Position numbers and translations under genes: made by a program. From assembly GCA_053919585.1 (NCBI GenBank), contig CM132791.1: 64,000 bases of DNA. One strand, 5' to 3'. Of the stretch, positions 61,600-64,000 are shown piece by piece; the first letter of the stretch is position 1; every line of letters starts with the position of its first letter. This stretch comes from Euprymna scolopes. Taxonomy: Eukaryota. The notes beneath the pieces were generated by a model. That model saw only the letters and a list, made by a program, of their open reading frames with translations. It ran no database searches and was not told the DNA's origin.

Positions 61600-62000
61600 A
61601 CGGACTAGTGTTCTCTTTCCAGTATTTATACAAATATGGATTAATTCCAAGCACAAACAACTCCCAGTAAATAACAAGTGCATATGCAATTGGTTATAGT
61701 GCACAACTAATACAAAAATATATAACTTGTATTCGTCTTCCCAATTAAAATGTTCCATACACTTGCTCTCAAGATAGTAATTTTGATCTACCTCTCGGAT
61801 GAGGATGGAAGGGGAATAAGAGTTATTTGAAACACTGAAAGAAATAATCCTTTGCAAAAAATATATGGACAGCCCCTAGGACATTATTGGTCGAAGGGCT
61901 TTATGCTATTAGCAATAAACAAGCGTCTTATTAAAGAGAGAATACAAGGCCTGAGAGGTTTAAATAACTAGAACTTTATAGTACTAGATACAAACTCCAG
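61600..62000 (+). mobile_element. Possible R4/Dong post-RT fragment
   Basis: FPVF..YGLI and IYLSDEDGRGIR resemble VPV..Y.FG.I and RLYL.R..GGRGL; weak. Confidence 0.3.
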
Positions 62001-62658
62001 TGAGCAGGTCACAATCTACCTCGACAATGACCTAGTCTTGGATGATGTTGCTGCGGAGGTTAAATACCCGATCTCGCCACGAAAAAAATAGTATATTCAA
62101 TTCAGTGCTTTATAAAAGAACATTTAACAAAGATATATTTTCTATAATAAGATATCCGCAACATTTCTATATTGCAGTAACATCGGACTCATTAGTATCG
62201 CTATATTCATGAAATTAATATAAGTGATTTGTTATTTGAAAATATGTGTCGTATTATTTTCAAATTTTATTTATATACTTATATAATATTCAGAAACTCT
62301 CAAAAATTCATGCATAAAATCTAACATTATTAAATGCTCATTTCTGATATGACATTCATAACCACACCCCATAATTGATATGTCTAGAGAAATTGCATAT
62401 GTTCCAAATACTCCATTAGTATAATATTGGGATTTTAAAAATGGCAGAAATGTAATTAAGTCATGTCAGACTTATATTTCCATATTGAAAAATACAGTTA
62501 GTTCATTAGAATAAACATCCTAAAACGGCTTGCTTATACAAGAAGCCGTTGCTTCCATGAATGTGTTTTCCATAGAACAACATAAAAAAACTATATCACC
62601 ATGTATTAAGTAATTATATAATCCCATCCTATACAAATACTATTAGTGTACTTATTCC

Positions 62659-62661
62659 ATA

Positions 62662-62732
<71 letters not shown>
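62659..62732. repeat. (TA)n microsatellite
   Basis: Direct run. Confidence 0.97.
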
Positions 62733-62735
<3 letters not shown>

Positions 62736-63299
62736 ACACACGTTGACACGCTGGTTTTCATTGATTGGCCATAGTTAAATACTTTCAAACCTGAAAAGTA
62801 CAAGATGGAAAACCATTTATGATAATGGGTGCTTTTGCCATCTCGCAAACAATAATTTACTCGCGGCTATGAACCATATGTGAATCTGATATACTCTAGA
62901 AAGCTCGTGTTTCGATACAAGTTTCATGGCGAATATTTTGCCAAGTATAACCGAATCAAAGATAAAACAAGTGAAGCATGCTTGATCCTTCGTGATTGCA
63001 CAGTAAATGAAGCATAAATATAACTAAGTTTTAGTATTCCCCCACCCCATTTAGCTTAAAACCCTCAAAGGGACGTAGAATCCTGGTGAAAATTAACATT
63101 TGACGCCTTAACATGTGTAAACTTTAGCTCTGCCCCACGAAAAAAAGAAAGTAGTGACTAAGTCCATAATTTTCCTCCCCCCAATAAGTCACAAAAGTCC
63201 TAAAGGCCCTTACATAATAAAATTTGAGTTCGGCACCATGTAAATCTGCTGAATAGACATACATAGAAAATTATGGACCAATATGAAAAATAGTCCCAA

Positions 63300-63660
63300 A
63301 AATGGTGTGGTTTAAGAACCCAAAAAAGAACCTCTAGCGCACACGAGAATTATCACAAAGTATAGACGAACAAAACTATAAAGAAACCAGTTAGTTACAA
63401 TTTTTCAGAACATTTTATAAAAATCCAAGGCATAATTTGTTATAATAAGCAGAGAAGTGTCGATTTTAGCCATTTTAACCTGAAAGCATCCCCTAAGGTG
63501 TCAACCGGTGTTTTCACGGAAAATCTGTTCTGTTACTTTATTACCTATATCATGTTTAATGTTCGTGCAAAATTAAAAAAAAGAAATCCAATGCTTAGTT
63601 ATTGAGAAAAGTACGGACAGTGGAACTGGCGAGCGGATAAGGATGCATTTACATGATATG
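63300..63660 (+). mobile_element. Possible HINE/DINE-1-like non-autonomous repeat
   Basis: GTGCAAAATT...AATCCAATG..AGTTATTGAGAAAA..CGGACAG is similar to 23290-23450(-). Confidence 0.3.
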
Positions 63661-64000
63661 TAGGAAATATAGACTTGGAGGTGGTATTACTTAAATCGTT
63701 TGCTGGGCAGATAGCATGGCGCCTTACTTCATCAGTTCACAAACTCGTTTGATCTTATGATAAATTGAAGTTGCCTAAGATAGCAAAAGTGCTAAAGATA
63801 TGACGCTGCGTTTGCTCATAATCCATCAATACAACAACCAGCCGACACTTAGATTAAACTTTTCAATCCTTTCAATGCACGGAGATTGATGTTTTCGTCG
63901 TATACGCTTCAATATATGAAACAGTTAAACTCTCTCCCTGCAGACTAAAATGATCAGATAGACAAGCACACAGAAACTGATGAATACACCCGAAACAAAC

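Noticed and set aside
2192-62848. ORFs with YIYIYI, VCVC, poly-Y, poly-N or X runs
   Set aside because: Translations of microsatellites or N gaps, not genes.
63977-64000. CTGATGA...CGAAAC at the window edge
   Set aside because: The intervening ATACACCC cannot form stem II, and the motif is cut off by the window end.

Overview
AT-rich eukaryotic (animal) scaffold sequence with five N-gaps and more than 20 (TA)n-type microsatellites. I cannot support any intact host protein-coding gene; the ORF track is almost entirely microsatellite or gap artefacts, antisense shadows and decayed transposon fragments. Recognisable content, all by eye and none database-checked, is a layer of decayed mobile elements: five or six fragments of CR1-like LINEs (three share a structured ~620-nt leader running straight into the endonuclease, so apparently no ORF1); a Penelope-like retroelement (PLE) with a head-to-head inverted terminal repeat; RTE and R4/Dong fragments; a mariner transposase; two different Helitron-superfamily RepHel remnants and several non-autonomous Helitrons; and two copies of a SINE-like element with 12-bp target-site duplications (TSDs). 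The most interesting signal is non-coding: five type I hammerhead-ribozyme motifs of three architectures. One has an intact core (52960-53020), one has an intact core split by a 71-nt insertion in stem II (31208-31320), and three are decayed minimal motifs whose stem II covaries (45313, 51790, 53875). Some repeat families resemble ones I recall from coleoid cephalopod genomes, which is unverified.
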